DNA from: Bacillota bacterium
Lineage (GTDB): Bacteria > Bacillota > JAAYKD01
Reading direction: 5' to 3'
Assembly: GCA_963666425.2 (NCBI GenBank)
Contig: OY762825.2
Span: 2,784,001 to 2,848,000 of the forward strand
DNA: 64,000 bases
Shown here: piece by piece, positions 47,172 through 57,680 of the stretch
How positions within the stretch are numbered: position 1 is the stretch's first letter
Layout: each line of letters opens with the position of its first letter
The notes under the pieces: generated by a model
Told to the model about the DNA's origin: nothing
The model's input: the letters and a program-made list of their open reading frames with translations, nothing else
Database searches by the model: none
Translations under genes and position numbers: made by a program

Positions 47172-47849
47172 ATGAGAATTGTTTCATGGAATTGCAACGG
47201 AAAATTTCGAGAGAAGTATAAGACCATAAAGGAGTTGGATGCGGATGTTTATGTGATTCAGGAATGCGAAGACCCAGCGTTCAGCAAACAAAGTGAATAT
47301 AGAGAATTTGCTTCAAATTCGCTTTGGGTAGGTGCTGCTCCCAATAAGGGATTGGGGATATTTGCGAAAGAATATGTTGACTTAAGAAATAATAACTAGG
47401 ATGCCTCTAAGCTAAGAAATTTTCTCTCAGTCAATATCAATGGTAAATTTGATCTATTAGGTGTTTGGGCAATGAGCCCTTATATTGAAGTGCACTATGA
47501 TTATCAGACAATCAACATAGATAAATTACGAGAAAATTCTGTAATCATCGGGGATTTCAACAGCAATGTCATTTGGGATAAAAAGAATAATGAACGGAAT
47601 CATTCATCATTAAATAGGAAATTCAATGATATCGGTCTTCATAGCGCGTATCACTGTGTGAACAATGAACCGCAAGGTCAAGAAAGTGCAGCAACATTTT
47701 ATCTTTATCGTAAAATAGAAAAGCCATATCATATCGATTATTGCTATATAGGCAGAGACAATTTGAGGCGCTTTGCGATAGGAGATTATGAGAAATGGAT
47801 CAAGTACAGTGACCACATGCCGCTGCTTGTTGAAACAGCCAAGATTTGA
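47172..47849 (+). pseudogene. Endonuclease/exonuclease/phosphatase family gene with an in-frame TAG at 47397-47399
   Basis: MRIVSWNC and IQEC precede the stop; GDFNSN, HIDY and SDHMPL follow in the same frame. Confidence 0.85.
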
Positions 47850-48447
47850 ACAAAGATGCTAGCTGTGGTAGGTTTATTTGTCAGGTAGGTTCTTTCGTTG
47901 CCGGCAAATGTCATAATCCGCATCAACGGAGGCGTGCCAAGAGTCTGCAATAAGATTAGAGGAGGATACACCATGCCATGGGAAGACCGTAGTGTAAACC
48001 TAGCACAGCCGCAGAGAATTTCCGCTTTGCTTTGCGCATTCAAGAGGTGGACGAGAACGAGGTTAGCCTCACAGCCTATTTTCATCCCGAAGTCTATATG
48101 CCCGAATTATGCGCCTTGATTTCTTCATAGAAGAGGAATGCATTGCCATTGTTGCGCAAATGGAAGACGAATTTAAGGTTTTTATGGAGCTGATCGCAGA
48201 AAGAACGCCGGAACTCTTTGGGCGTGATGACAGAAGCATGCGACCCGGTAAAATATATGAGAAAAATCATGGCACATATGATTAACAAAATATTATTAAA
48301 TACCTGTGCCACCATAAGCCTAGGCGCTAGAGTGATAGACCAAGTCAAATAAGCCAAATAATGCTAAGATTACTTGTACGTAAGTATTTTTTATGGAATT
48401 GTTTAAGGGGTGTTTTGATATTAAAACAGTAGTCAATTATTTTTCGG

Positions 48448-48531
48448 ATCATGATTTTTCCAGGGATTTTTCTATGATAATAACCGGACTTTCTGATGAT
48501 TTTTCCTGATACTTTTTGTTTATATTAAGCA
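48448..48531 (+). mobile_element. Possible orphan IS21-family terminus
   Basis: Spaced TGATTTTTCC-like repeats ending in CA; similar in style to the reverse complement of 57681-57760. Confidence 0.4.
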
Positions 48532-48672
48532 GCCACCGATAGTCAGTTTTTATGAATTAATATCGTCGTAACTTTCTGACACCAAAAGGTGTCACAGGGA
48601 GCAGCTTTAAAAATAGCTTGTTGAGGAACATATTAATAATAAGATTTACTCACGGGATTGGAAGGAGCTTAA

Positions 48673-51063
48673 ATGATTACAAAAATCAAAGCAATTAGTA
48701 ATTTTGCAGTTTTCGACAATTTTGCCTGGGATACCAGCGTCCTTGATAAAAACGGACAACCTCTGGTGTTTAGTAAACTCAATATTTTATATGGCCGTAA
48801 CTATTCTGGAAAGACAACTTTATCTAGGATTTTTAGAGCATTGGAAACGCACCTACTACCTGAAAAATATGATAGTCCGCAGTTTGAGGTTGTAACTGAA
48901 AACGGTCAAAGTATAAAGCAAGATAATCTTGCTTCGATTAATTTAAGCGTTCGTGTTTTTAACGAGGATTTTATCCGTGCAAACCTGCGTTTTCTTATTG
49001 ACCCTGATAGTGAAATTGCGCCTTTTGCAATACTCGGTGCTGACAATGCTGAAACTGAAAAAGCTATTAAAGATTTAGAAGTTGAGATTGGTTCTGATAT
49101 AGATACGCATGAAACCGGATTATACAAAAAGCTGAAAGAATTAAAAGCGGCAGCACAAAAGGCGCAGAAAGACTATTCTACTGATTTTAATAGTTTGGAA
49201 TCCAAGTTATCTGATAAAGCGACGAATAAGCGTACGGGAATAAAGTACAATGTCAACAGATATGGTGACCAGAACTATAACATTGCAAAAATAAAACAAG
49301 AAATCGCCGTGGTGACTGCTTCAACATATACTCATCTTTCTGCCGATAAAAAGGTCGAATACGAGAGCACAATTTTAGAGCAAGAAAAATCGGACATTCA
49401 ATCTTTAAGCATTCCATCGCTATTATTAAATAGTTATTGTCAAAGAGCATCTGTATTACTTTCGCAACAAATCGGAGCATCAAATAAAATTCCAGAATTA
49501 TTGCTAAATGTAGCATTAAACGATTGGGTAAAACAAGGCGCAAATATCCTTAAGGGACAAAAAATATGTGCTTTTTGTGGTAGTCCGATTACCGATGAGC
49601 GATGGGTAGTTATTCATGCGCACTTTGATGAAGAATCAAAGAAGCTCGAAAGCGAAATAGATGATCTTGTTTCACAGATAAATTTGGAAAAGGCACTATT
49701 GCACAAACCTTTACAAATTGATAAAAGCACGTTTTATACAAAATATTGCCAAAAAATAGATGATTATTTAAAAACATGGGAGGAGGCGGTTCAACAATAT
49801 TGTCAATCGCTTGATAAAATCTTTGAACGACTACAAGATCGTAAATCTCAGATTACTGTTCCGATCCAGTTTATATTTCCAGAAGATAATTCAGCAATAC
49901 TGAGAAAAGCAATTAATGAATTTAATGCAATTATTAAGGAGAACAATGAGTTCTCAAGTAAATTGGCTTCAGCAAAAACAGTAGCTTACAAAGCGTTAAG
50001 ATTGCAAGAAGTTGCTGATTATTGTGCCACAATTGAATATGAAAAAATAATTAAACAAATATCCATTTTGGAAAGCAAGCATGACAAAGCCAACGAGACT
50101 GCCAGTACGGAAGAAGAGACGCTTAGTATTAAAAAGCAGAAATTGCAGGAAAAACGCCGTCAACTGAATGATGAAGAAGAAGGTGCACGGCGTGTTAATA
50201 AATATCTTAACGACTATTTCGGACATAATTTCGTTACATTAGAGGCCGAAAAAGTAACCGAAGGTGAAAAGCGTATTAAGTTTAAGATTATGCGTAACGG
50301 GAAACCAGCGTACAATCTGAGTGGCGGAGAATGCAGTCTTATTTCGTTCTGCTATTTCATGGCAAAACTTGATGATATAAACACGCAAGGAACTAAGCCA
50401 ATAATTTGGATTGATGACCCAATTTCGAGTTTAGATGGAAATCATATTTACTTTATGTATAGCTTGATAGTTGCACGAATTGCGAAAACGGGAAACTTTG
50501 AACAATTATTCATTTCAACGCATAACCTTGATTTCTTGAAATATTTGAAACGACTAAATTCGTATCAACCTAATACAAAAAATGAAATGAAGGCTTTATC
50601 TAAGCAGTACTTTCTCATTGAACGAGAAGGTAAACTCTCAAAGCTTCTCAAAATGCCGAATTATCTTGCGAGGAATGCCACCGAGTTTAATTACTTATTT
50701 TCAATCATCTACAAATGCTCAAAATGCGAAAATGTTACAGATGATAATTATGATATGCTATATGGTTTTGGAAATAGCGCAAGAAAATTCTTGGAAATGT
50801 TGTTGTACTTTCAATTCCCTGATGATTCAGAGGAACTGTTGCCGAAGCTGAAACGCTTTTTTAAAGACGAAGAAATACCCCCTATCCTTATGGATAGAAT
50901 GTTTAATGAAGATTCTCATGGTTCATCGCCAGAGCGATCATTAAAAGTGGATGTTGACCCTGAGACAATACCAGTTGCGAAGAAAGTCATTGAAAAACTT
51001 CAAGAAAATAAGGCTCAATTCAATGCTTTACTAAATAGCATTGGAGAAACACCATCGCCATAA
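48673..51063 (+). CDS. RloC-like protein (AAA_13 ABC-ATPase, zinc hook, C-terminal HEPN-like domain)
   Basis: GRNYSGKTT, coiled coil with CAFC hook, LSGGE, IDDPISSLD, STHN, and C-terminal GNSARKFLE...RMFNEDSH. Confidence 0.8.
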   Translation: MITKIKAISNFAVFDNFAWDTSVLDKNGQPLVFSKLNILYGRNYSGKTTLSRIFRALETHLLPEKYDSPQFEVVTENGQSIKQDNLASINLSVRVFNEDFIRANLRFLIDPDSEIAPFAILGADNAETEKAIKDLEVEIGSDIDTHETGLYKKLKELKAAAQKAQKDYSTDFNSLESKLSDKATNKRTGIKYNVNRYGDQNYNIAKIKQEIAVVTASTYTHLSADKKVEYESTILEQEKSDIQSLSIPSLLLNSYCQRASVLLSQQIGASNKIPELLLNVALNDWVKQGANILKGQKICAFCGSPITDERWVVIHAHFDEESKKLESEIDDLVSQINLEKALLHKPLQIDKSTFYTKYCQKIDDYLKTWEEAVQQYCQSLDKIFERLQDRKSQITVPIQFIFPEDNSAILRKAINEFNAIIKENNEFSSKLASAKTVAYKALRLQEVADYCATIEYEKIIKQISILESKHDKANETASTEEETLSIKKQKLQEKRRQLNDEEEGARRVNKYLNDYFGHNFVTLEAEKVTEGEKRIKFKIMRNGKPAYNLSGGECSLISFCYFMAKLDDINTQGTKPIIWIDDPISSLDGNHIYFMYSLIVARIAKTGNFEQLFISTHNLDFLKYLKRLNSYQPNTKNEMKALSKQYFLIEREGKLSKLLKMPNYLARNATEFNYLFSIIYKCSKCENVTDDNYDMLYGFGNSARKFLEMLLYFQFPDDSEELLPKLKRFFKDEEIPPILMDRMFNEDSHGSSPERSLKVDVDPETIPVAKKVIEKLQENKAQFNALLNSIGETPSP

Positions 51064-51447
51064 CTATATAAGCGAATGCGCTGTTACCTCAGAGATTGAT
51101 GAAAATGTCCTTTTACTTTTTACTGAGATGGTGTAGATTACATCTTTAGAACTCCGCACCCTCGGTTAGCTCAAACTGCTCCAGTATACTCAGAGTTTTA
51201 TTTTGATTAGCTATAAGAATGAAGTCAATATTCATATGCTTCTTAAGAAGGGATCTCAACTGAAAACATGTAGAATTTTCCAATAAAATGCGGTATACTG
51301 CGAATAATTGATAATAAGCAATAGTACCTTAGGTCATTCAAACATGAGAAGATAAGAGATGGGCGTAGCCAAATGTTATGCCTATTGGTAAGACGACTAA
51401 ACACTAAATTATGACACGGTTAAATTTCAAAGGAGGCTCTAAAAAAA

Positions 51448-52332
51448 GTGAATAGCAGCATGAATATTCAAAAACCTAATGATATAGATCCCCTGAAAAA
51501 AAACGAACGTGATCGGTCTAATTTCGTCCGAGAATTGGTACAATCCCAACTCAATAAACCAGTTCAAGCGTTCGCCACGCACATAGTGCCACCACCTAAA
51601 CGTATTGTACAATTCTGGGATGACCTTGATCGATTGCCCCTGGATGTTAAGGAGTGTATGGCTTCATGGAAAATACTCGAACAATCGGGATTCGAACTCC
51701 AGGTTTTTGATGAAAACTCAACGAGGGAATTTATACGAGTTCATTTGGGTTCAAGATATGAAAAAGCTTTTGACAAGTGCTATCACCCCTCTATGAAGTC
51801 AGATTATTTCCGTTACAGCTACATTTATATAATGGGTGGCTTTTATATTGACGCAGACGACATATATCATGGCGAGAGAATAGATAACCTCTTCATTGAT
51901 GGAAGGTTGAAACTTCAACCGTTCTGCTACGACATTGTAACTGCCCAAATGGTTCCACCTTCAGTTTTTGTCAGTATAGGGGAAGTCAACCTTAACTGGA
52001 TTCATTATTTCAATACCACGCCTATGATAGCAGGTCCCAATCACCCTATTATAGAGCGTGCACTACGGAACGCGACGGAAGCCCTTGAACAGGAATTATA
52101 CGGAGAATTGCCTGAAGTCCAAGCAACCACAGGCCCAGGTAATCTCACAAGGTCTATATTTGAGGTAGTCAGCGAGGGATGTTGCTCTGAGGAAACGATA
52201 ATGGTTGTGCACGATTGGGAGAAAATTTCTACGAGTAAATGGCCACTCAGTTATCGAAATGATAAGAGAAACTGGAGACTGTCAAATCAGCAAACCTATC
52301 AAGTGTCACGGGATACGGAGGAGGAGAAATGA
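51448..52332 (+). CDS. DXD glycosyltransferase (GT32/Och1-like)
   Basis: PKRIVQFW, KSDYFRY, GGFYIDADD and TTGPG motifs. Confidence 0.82.
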   Translation: MNSSMNIQKPNDIDPLKKNERDRSNFVRELVQSQLNKPVQAFATHIVPPPKRIVQFWDDLDRLPLDVKECMASWKILEQSGFELQVFDENSTREFIRVHLGSRYEKAFDKCYHPSMKSDYFRYSYIYIMGGFYIDADDIYHGERIDNLFIDGRLKLQPFCYDIVTAQMVPPSVFVSIGEVNLNWIHYFNTTPMIAGPNHPIIERALRNATEALEQELYGELPEVQATTGPGNLTRSIFEVVSEGCCSEETIMVVHDWEKISTSKWPLSYRNDKRNWRLSNQQTYQVSRDTEEEK

Positions 52333-54518
52333 ACCTAACGCCCCCATCGAAAGCAATAACCACAAGTATTTTCCGATTCTGGTTGACTCTTCGACGGTTA
52401 CTACCTAATCGGAAGTGTAAAACATTTTCTGTCCAAAGTTCGAGTAAATTCCCTGCAATTGATAAAATCTATGTCATCAACCTTGATCGTGAACAGGCGC
52501 GCTGGTCTAGAATGAAGCAAGAGCTTAAGTACATTTTGGACTCATCGGGAGCTGAAATACTAAAACTCACTGAGCGCTATAGTGCGGTCGATGCCAAACA
52601 ATTCTCCTATGAGCGAGAGAAGGATGACGAAATTGATCCGTATTATACGCTTAGTGATCAACTTTTTGTAGAACCCCAACCCTTAGCTATCCCAACCCAT
52701 CTCGAGTTAAACACCCCAATTCGGATGAGTCGACCGGAGATTGCAGTCGCTCAGTCACATATCAATGTCTGGAAAAAGATTGCAACAGGTAATAATGAGC
52801 AAGTACTTATTCTAGAAGACGATACATGGTTTCATTCTAGTTTTGCTAAACAAATGGATCAGGCATGGACGGAAATTGTAGAAGAAAATAATGTGAAAGA
52901 CGAATTCGATGTTCTTTATGTATCGTATCTTGAAGTAAAACACGGTGCTCCCAAAAGTTTCCTATCGAATAATCTATTCCGACCAGTGCGTGGACTCTGG
53001 CATATGTCCGGATATGTTCTATCACGAAAAGGTGCAGAAAAGCTTCTTCGCCTGCTTCCTTGTCGTGGTCCTATCGACCTTTGGATAAATCATCATTTCG
53101 AAGATTTAGATGTATTTGCAACAAAAAACTCACTTATAAGCCAACGACGTGATATAACATCATCAAATTCATATTCTATCCTCCCTGCACTCACTAAAAT
53201 TGGTGCAATTAATAGTGAAGGCGCATCCTTATTCAATATTCGCCCAATTGAGTATCCTGTGTTTGCCTTTGGTCCGGAAGGTTCCGGTCAAACATCGCTT
53301 GCGATGGCATTGTCTATGCTAGGATACAGATGCTGCAGTGATTTTGATAATTTACCCGCTTCTGAGATGGAACGGCTTCTTGCAGGAAAAAAAGATCGGG
53401 TTTTTAACGCGTACGTAAACATCGGATCTTTGAGGGCAAAGGTCAAGATACTCAAAAGTTGTTACCCCAAAGCCAAATTCATTATTACCGCTATGAACGA
53501 TACTACTGTAGATCACGCAGTCCATAGTCTTGAGGAGGATTTGAATGGTGCCGATATCGTTGTACTTCACTTAAATGAACTAAATAAGTGGAATGTCATT
53601 TGCCAACATCTTAGGAGTGCTCCGCCTACATGTTGTTTCCCGGTACTTAAGGACCTGAGTCAAAGACCAATTCTTGCTGAAATTACCAAACTAGATCATG
53701 TTAATGAATTAAAAATACCAAGACATGATAATTCACCATGGTTAGTTAAATCTCGGAGTTGGTGGAAAGGTATTAGTGTTGTCCAACAAAAAGATGAGCA
53801 GAGAGAAAATGAAATGTTAGTTAAGATCTCCGACCGTTTAGAACATCTTGACACTCACCGCTGGCTATTGAGGAGTGATACTTTTACGGACAATTTAGCG
53901 TTATTTTGTCCGACTAACGTTGAGTTCTGTCCAGGAATCGGGGCATTATTTTCAATTAAAAAGGAATCACTTGGCGTTCGAGACTATTCCGCTGCATCTC
54001 TGTGCAGTCAAGATCAATATTTGTTCGGTAAATTCGAAGCATCCATTCAAGCCTCAAATGTGCCTGGCGTTGTAACTGGAATGTTTTTGCATCGTAATTC
54101 ACCGAGACAAGAAATAGATATCGAGATTGCGGGTAATCACACAAATCGCATTTTAGTCAATGTTTTCTATAACCCAGGTGACGAAGGAGCGAATTTTGAT
54201 TATGGTTATAGAGGTTCGCCAACCTATATAGAGCTTGGGTTTGACGCATCTAAAGAATGTCATCGTTTTACAATTGAATGGAGTCCATGCGAGGTTCTAT
54301 GGTTAGTTGACGATAAGATAGTTCATAGACGTGGGATTTGGGATCCGACACCAATTCCGAATCTTCCAATGAAATTCCATATCAACAGTTGGCTAACTCG
54401 TTCGATTCAACTTGCTGGACGAATTAACGACAGACGGCTTCCTACAATGGCAATACTAGGTGGCATCACTTTGGAGGCAAATTTCGTTGTTGGTTCTTCC
54501 AGACCTGATGAACAATAA
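52329..54518 (+). CDS. Fusion of GT25 glycosyltransferase, sulfotransferase-like P-loop domain and GH16 glycoside hydrolase
   Basis: IYVINLDREQARW, SHINVW, ILEDD and GYVLSRKGA (GT25); FGPEGSGQTSLAMALSMLGY (sulfotransferase-like); GVVTGMF, EIDIE and IEWSP (GH16). Confidence 0.8.
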   Translation: MNLTPPSKAITTSIFRFWLTLRRLLPNRKCKTFSVQSSSKFPAIDKIYVINLDREQARWSRMKQELKYILDSSGAEILKLTERYSAVDAKQFSYEREKDDEIDPYYTLSDQLFVEPQPLAIPTHLELNTPIRMSRPEIAVAQSHINVWKKIATGNNEQVLILEDDTWFHSSFAKQMDQAWTEIVEENNVKDEFDVLYVSYLEVKHGAPKSFLSNNLFRPVRGLWHMSGYVLSRKGAEKLLRLLPCRGPIDLWINHHFEDLDVFATKNSLISQRRDITSSNSYSILPALTKIGAINSEGASLFNIRPIEYPVFAFGPEGSGQTSLAMALSMLGYRCCSDFDNLPASEMERLLAGKKDRVFNAYVNIGSLRAKVKILKSCYPKAKFIITAMNDTTVDHAVHSLEEDLNGADIVVLHLNELNKWNVICQHLRSAPPTCCFPVLKDLSQRPILAEITKLDHVNELKIPRHDNSPWLVKSRSWWKGISVVQQKDEQRENEMLVKISDRLEHLDTHRWLLRSDTFTDNLALFCPTNVEFCPGIGALFSIKKESLGVRDYSAASLCSQDQYLFGKFEASIQASNVPGVVTGMFLHRNSPRQEIDIEIAGNHTNRILVNVFYNPGDEGANFDYGYRGSPTYIELGFDASKECHRFTIEWSPCEVLWLVDDKIVHRRGIWDPTPIPNLPMKFHINSWLTRSIQLAGRINDRRLPTMAILGGITLEANFVVGSSRPDEQ

Positions 54519-54561
54519 ATACAAGATAGATAGAGAATATCAATTCAAGCGAGGTGGAATA

Positions 54562-56172
54562 ATGAAAATATTGTCATTCAATCCGGGTCATGACGGAGCA
54601 TTTGCTTATATTGAGGATGCACATTTAATTACTTCCATTGAAGCCGAAAAACACTCTCGTTATCGTTACTCACCGCTGTCTATTCCAGATATGTTTAGCA
54701 TTCTTGGCGAACTCAAAGAAGTTCCTGATGTGGTTTGTAGAAGTGGCTGGTGGCCGAGTGATGCGAATCAGTCTGAGCAGCGTCTTAATGCTGGATATCA
54801 TGGTGTCAGTTACAGTGACATAATCGTTGGAGAACAACGGCTTTTAGGGAAGACTCCTAGATACTTCTCATCTTCTCACGAACGTTCACATCTTCTCTGT
54901 GCATTTGGCATGTCGAATTTACCCAAAGGCACACCTTGTTATGCATTGCTTTGGGAAGGGGTAATCGGATCTTTTTACAAAATAGACGCTACGTTAAATT
55001 TGATTAAGCTTGCCGATGTCATGCCCGAACCTGGTCATCGTTATGCCCTTCTCTACGGTCTAGCAGATCCAACTTTTGACAAAAGAGTTGCTGAATTCTC
55101 AAGATTTTCTGATGCTGGAAAACTCATGGCTTTGGCTTCATTTTCTAAGCGGTCCAAGCCGTCGGATGAAGAGGAGAAAATAATCGCGTTTCTAATGCAG
55201 GACTGCCTGCACCTTAAGCCCAAGGAGTGTGAAATCCTAAAACATAGCAAACACTACAATGTAGGACTTGATGATCAAGAGTTTCGAAACTTCGCAGGTA
55301 TCGTCAGTAATAGAATATTCGATCGCTTTTATCAATATGCAGAGTCAAATATGACGAGAGGTATGCCGTTGTTGATTTCAGGAGGATGTGGATTAAACTG
55401 TGACTGGAACACTATGTGGAGGGAAACTAATTTTTTTTCAGAGGTGTTTGTACCACCAGTTGCCAATGATTCAGGATCGGCTATCGGAACAGCAATTGAT
55501 GCCCAATTCTATTTTACAGGAAATCCAAAGATAGATTGGAGTGTCTATTCTGGTCAAGAATTTATTACCAATGACGCGTTCGATATATCTTTGTTTGATA
55601 CATACGAAACGAATTACGCGATGATTGCTGACATGTTGGCTAACAATTTAATCATCAGCTGGGTTAATGGAAAATATGAAATAGGACCTCGTGCTTTGGG
55701 GAATCGTTCGATTCTTGCTTCCCCATTTCATGAAAAAACGAGAGTGCGACTAAATGAGATTAAACAGCGCGAACAGTTTCGACCAATAGCGCCTGTTTGC
55801 CTGGAGGAAGATGCCAAAAGATGGTTTGGCTGTAATCAGCCAAGTCCATTTATGCTATACACTCAGCTCGTTTCTACGGATGCACTAGCTGCGGTAACCC
55901 ATATCAATGGGACAGCACGCATTCAAACAGTGTCCTCGGCAAGTAACAACCACCTGTATAAACTACTTGTAGCATTCAAAGCGCGTACCGGTTACGGCGT
56001 TTTGTGTAATACCTCCCTGAATTTTAAGGGACGAGGATTTATAAACAGTATAGGGGATCTGTCTGCTTATACGATAGAGCGAAATTTAGATGGTTTTGTA
56101 ATTGAAGGCAAAGCCTATTTGTTGAAATCATCTCCTAATTACCAAGCGTACTTGAGCATACAAAGTCTATAG
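54562..56172 (+). CDS. O-carbamoyltransferase (NodU/CmcH/TobZ family)
   Basis: HDGA, HERSH, GKLMALA, GGCGLNC, NDSGSAIG, EIGPRALGNRS, REQFRPIAP and NTSLN motifs; GAGGTG RBS. Confidence 0.9.
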   Translation: MKILSFNPGHDGAFAYIEDAHLITSIEAEKHSRYRYSPLSIPDMFSILGELKEVPDVVCRSGWWPSDANQSEQRLNAGYHGVSYSDIIVGEQRLLGKTPRYFSSSHERSHLLCAFGMSNLPKGTPCYALLWEGVIGSFYKIDATLNLIKLADVMPEPGHRYALLYGLADPTFDKRVAEFSRFSDAGKLMALASFSKRSKPSDEEEKIIAFLMQDCLHLKPKECEILKHSKHYNVGLDDQEFRNFAGIVSNRIFDRFYQYAESNMTRGMPLLISGGCGLNCDWNTMWRETNFFSEVFVPPVANDSGSAIGTAIDAQFYFTGNPKIDWSVYSGQEFITNDAFDISLFDTYETNYAMIADMLANNLIISWVNGKYEIGPRALGNRSILASPFHEKTRVRLNEIKQREQFRPIAPVCLEEDAKRWFGCNQPSPFMLYTQLVSTDALAAVTHINGTARIQTVSSASNNHLYKLLVAFKARTGYGVLCNTSLNFKGRGFINSIGDLSAYTIERNLDGFVIEGKAYLLKSSPNYQAYLSIQSL

Positions 56173-56285
56173 CTGGGTAGATACGAATAATGTTGATATC
56201 CATACTGAAGATATTTTGAATAAATCGATTTTCCGCCAAGGGGGGTAGCAGAGTAACACGACCTCTTTTTTACTGCTACAAGCCG

Positions 56286-56316
56286 CATGGAGACTGCCGT
56301 GTTGATGTGTGCATAA
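56286..56316 (+). mobile_element. attR-like junction: displaced rlmD C-terminal codons
   Basis: C-ATG GAG ACT GCC GTG TTG ATG TGT GCA TAA is identical to the end of the rlmD copy at 62774-62804; upstream sequence is unrelated to rlmD. Confidence 0.7.
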
Positions 56317-56345
56317 GTGATTTTTTATGCAGTAAGGAGAAACAA

Positions 56346-56825
56346 ATGGAACAAATTTTTATGAGCTTTCTAAACACGGTTCCCGAACACTTAAGACCTT
56401 TCGTGAGCGAAATCGACGCTTATCTGCTAGACAAAAACTGCAAAAGAAGCATTAAGCCCGCGGCAAAAGGATACCTGGTTTCCTATGCGTTGCCGGTTTC
56501 AAAGAAAACGCTGCTCAATTTTGTATTTAGGAAAGGCTGTGTCAAGGCAAGAATTTATGCGACGCATGTAACAGAATATGAAGAACTGGTCAGTGGATTT
56601 CCCGAAGCAACAAAGAAAGAGATAGCGGCCGCCCTTGAATGCAAAAAGCTGACCGGACTGACCTGCAGCCCGACCTGCCCTGCCGGATATCAATTTGTGA
56701 TGGACGGTGTGGAATACAAGAAATGCCGCAGTATGGCTTTTCTTCCCATACTGAATGAGGAAAATAACCCTTTCATAAGAAAAATGATCGAAGCAGAAGT
56801 TTGTTGTTCAATGACGGACAGATAA
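56346..56825 (+). CDS. Hypothetical protein with Cys cluster, copy 1
   Basis: AAGGAG RBS; differences between copies are mostly synonymous; CKKLTGLTCSPTC...KKCR. Confidence 0.75.
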   Translation: MEQIFMSFLNTVPEHLRPFVSEIDAYLLDKNCKRSIKPAAKGYLVSYALPVSKKTLLNFVFRKGCVKARIYATHVTEYEELVSGFPEATKKEIAAALECKKLTGLTCSPTCPAGYQFVMDGVEYKKCRSMAFLPILNEENNPFIRKMIEAEVCCSMTDR

Positions 56826-56857
56826 ACCTTAATTTGGATTATGCCGAGGTGCAGAGA

Positions 56858-57406
56858 ATGGTTATTTACAGAGAGTTGACAGAGTGTGATATCCTTGATG
56901 CTGCCATGTTGAAAGCATCATGCTGGGATGAAGAAACTGCAGGCACATCAAGCGAAAAACCTGATATTGTTAAAGAGCATACTTCATTTGTTAAGTGGAT
57001 GAAGACAGCGGATGAAAATGCTGATGTCCGTTTGTTATATGGTGCTTTTGATGACGAAAAGATGGTTGGCACAGTTTTTGCCAGCTTTGTCGAGTCTAAA
57101 GATGCTCCCGAACACGGATTTGAGTTGAATGGACTCTGGGTGGATCAGGGGTATCGCCGTCGGGGGATAGCATTGACTTTGCTGAAAAAAGTATGCGAAG
57201 AGTTTAGAAAACTAGGAGCAAAGAAAATGATTGTCTACAATTATCACATTGCTCCGTCAAACAGTTTTTACCTTAAATTTGGGTGTAATGTCATCTCTAC
57301 GGAATATCAAACAAAAGATAGGCTGCAAACCGATATCATCGAAGGAAATATTGAAGATCTGATCACGAGATTATCCGTGTCGCTTCAGAAAGTGGTCTCG
57401 AGATAA
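56858..57406 (+). CDS. GNAT acetyltransferase, copy 1
   Basis: LWVDQGYRRRGIA and NSFYLKFG motifs. Confidence 0.85.
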   Translation: MVIYRELTECDILDAAMLKASCWDEETAGTSSEKPDIVKEHTSFVKWMKTADENADVRLLYGAFDDEKMVGTVFASFVESKDAPEHGFELNGLWVDQGYRRRGIALTLLKKVCEEFRKLGAKKMIVYNYHIAPSNSFYLKFGCNVISTEYQTKDRLQTDIIEGNIEDLITRLSVSLQKVVSR

Positions 57407-57455
57407 TTGTTCCATCGAAAACAATGCGATAAGTCCAATTCGCCTGGCCATCAGT

Positions 57456-57485
57456 ATGTTCCAAGGGGACGGGGTGCTGGCACAG
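57456..57485 (+). repeat. G-rich boundary motif copy 3 (variant)
   Basis: ATGTTCCAAGGGGACGGGGTGCTGGCACAG. Confidence 0.85.
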
Positions 57486-57680
57486 ACTCACAAATTATCG
57501 ATTTATTCTCCGGATAAGGTTTCGTCTTACTTGCAGTAAAACTTTGATCTGATAAGCAAAAACATAAATTTTTTGACAAACCCAAGAATGCAGATCATTG
57601 GTTTATTGCAGCATTGCACATTCTAAATATCATGGACAAATTAGATGTCATCGAAAGCTTTTCACCTCCGGGTAGTCAAC

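Larger units (their letters stand above)
56286..57488 (+). repeat. 1203 bp direct repeat, copy 1
   Basis: Colinear with 62774-63976 at a constant offset of 6488. Confidence 0.95.

Noticed and set aside
47960-48290. Possible frameshifted small gene after a GGAGG RBS
   Set aside because: No family recognised and the frames are short.
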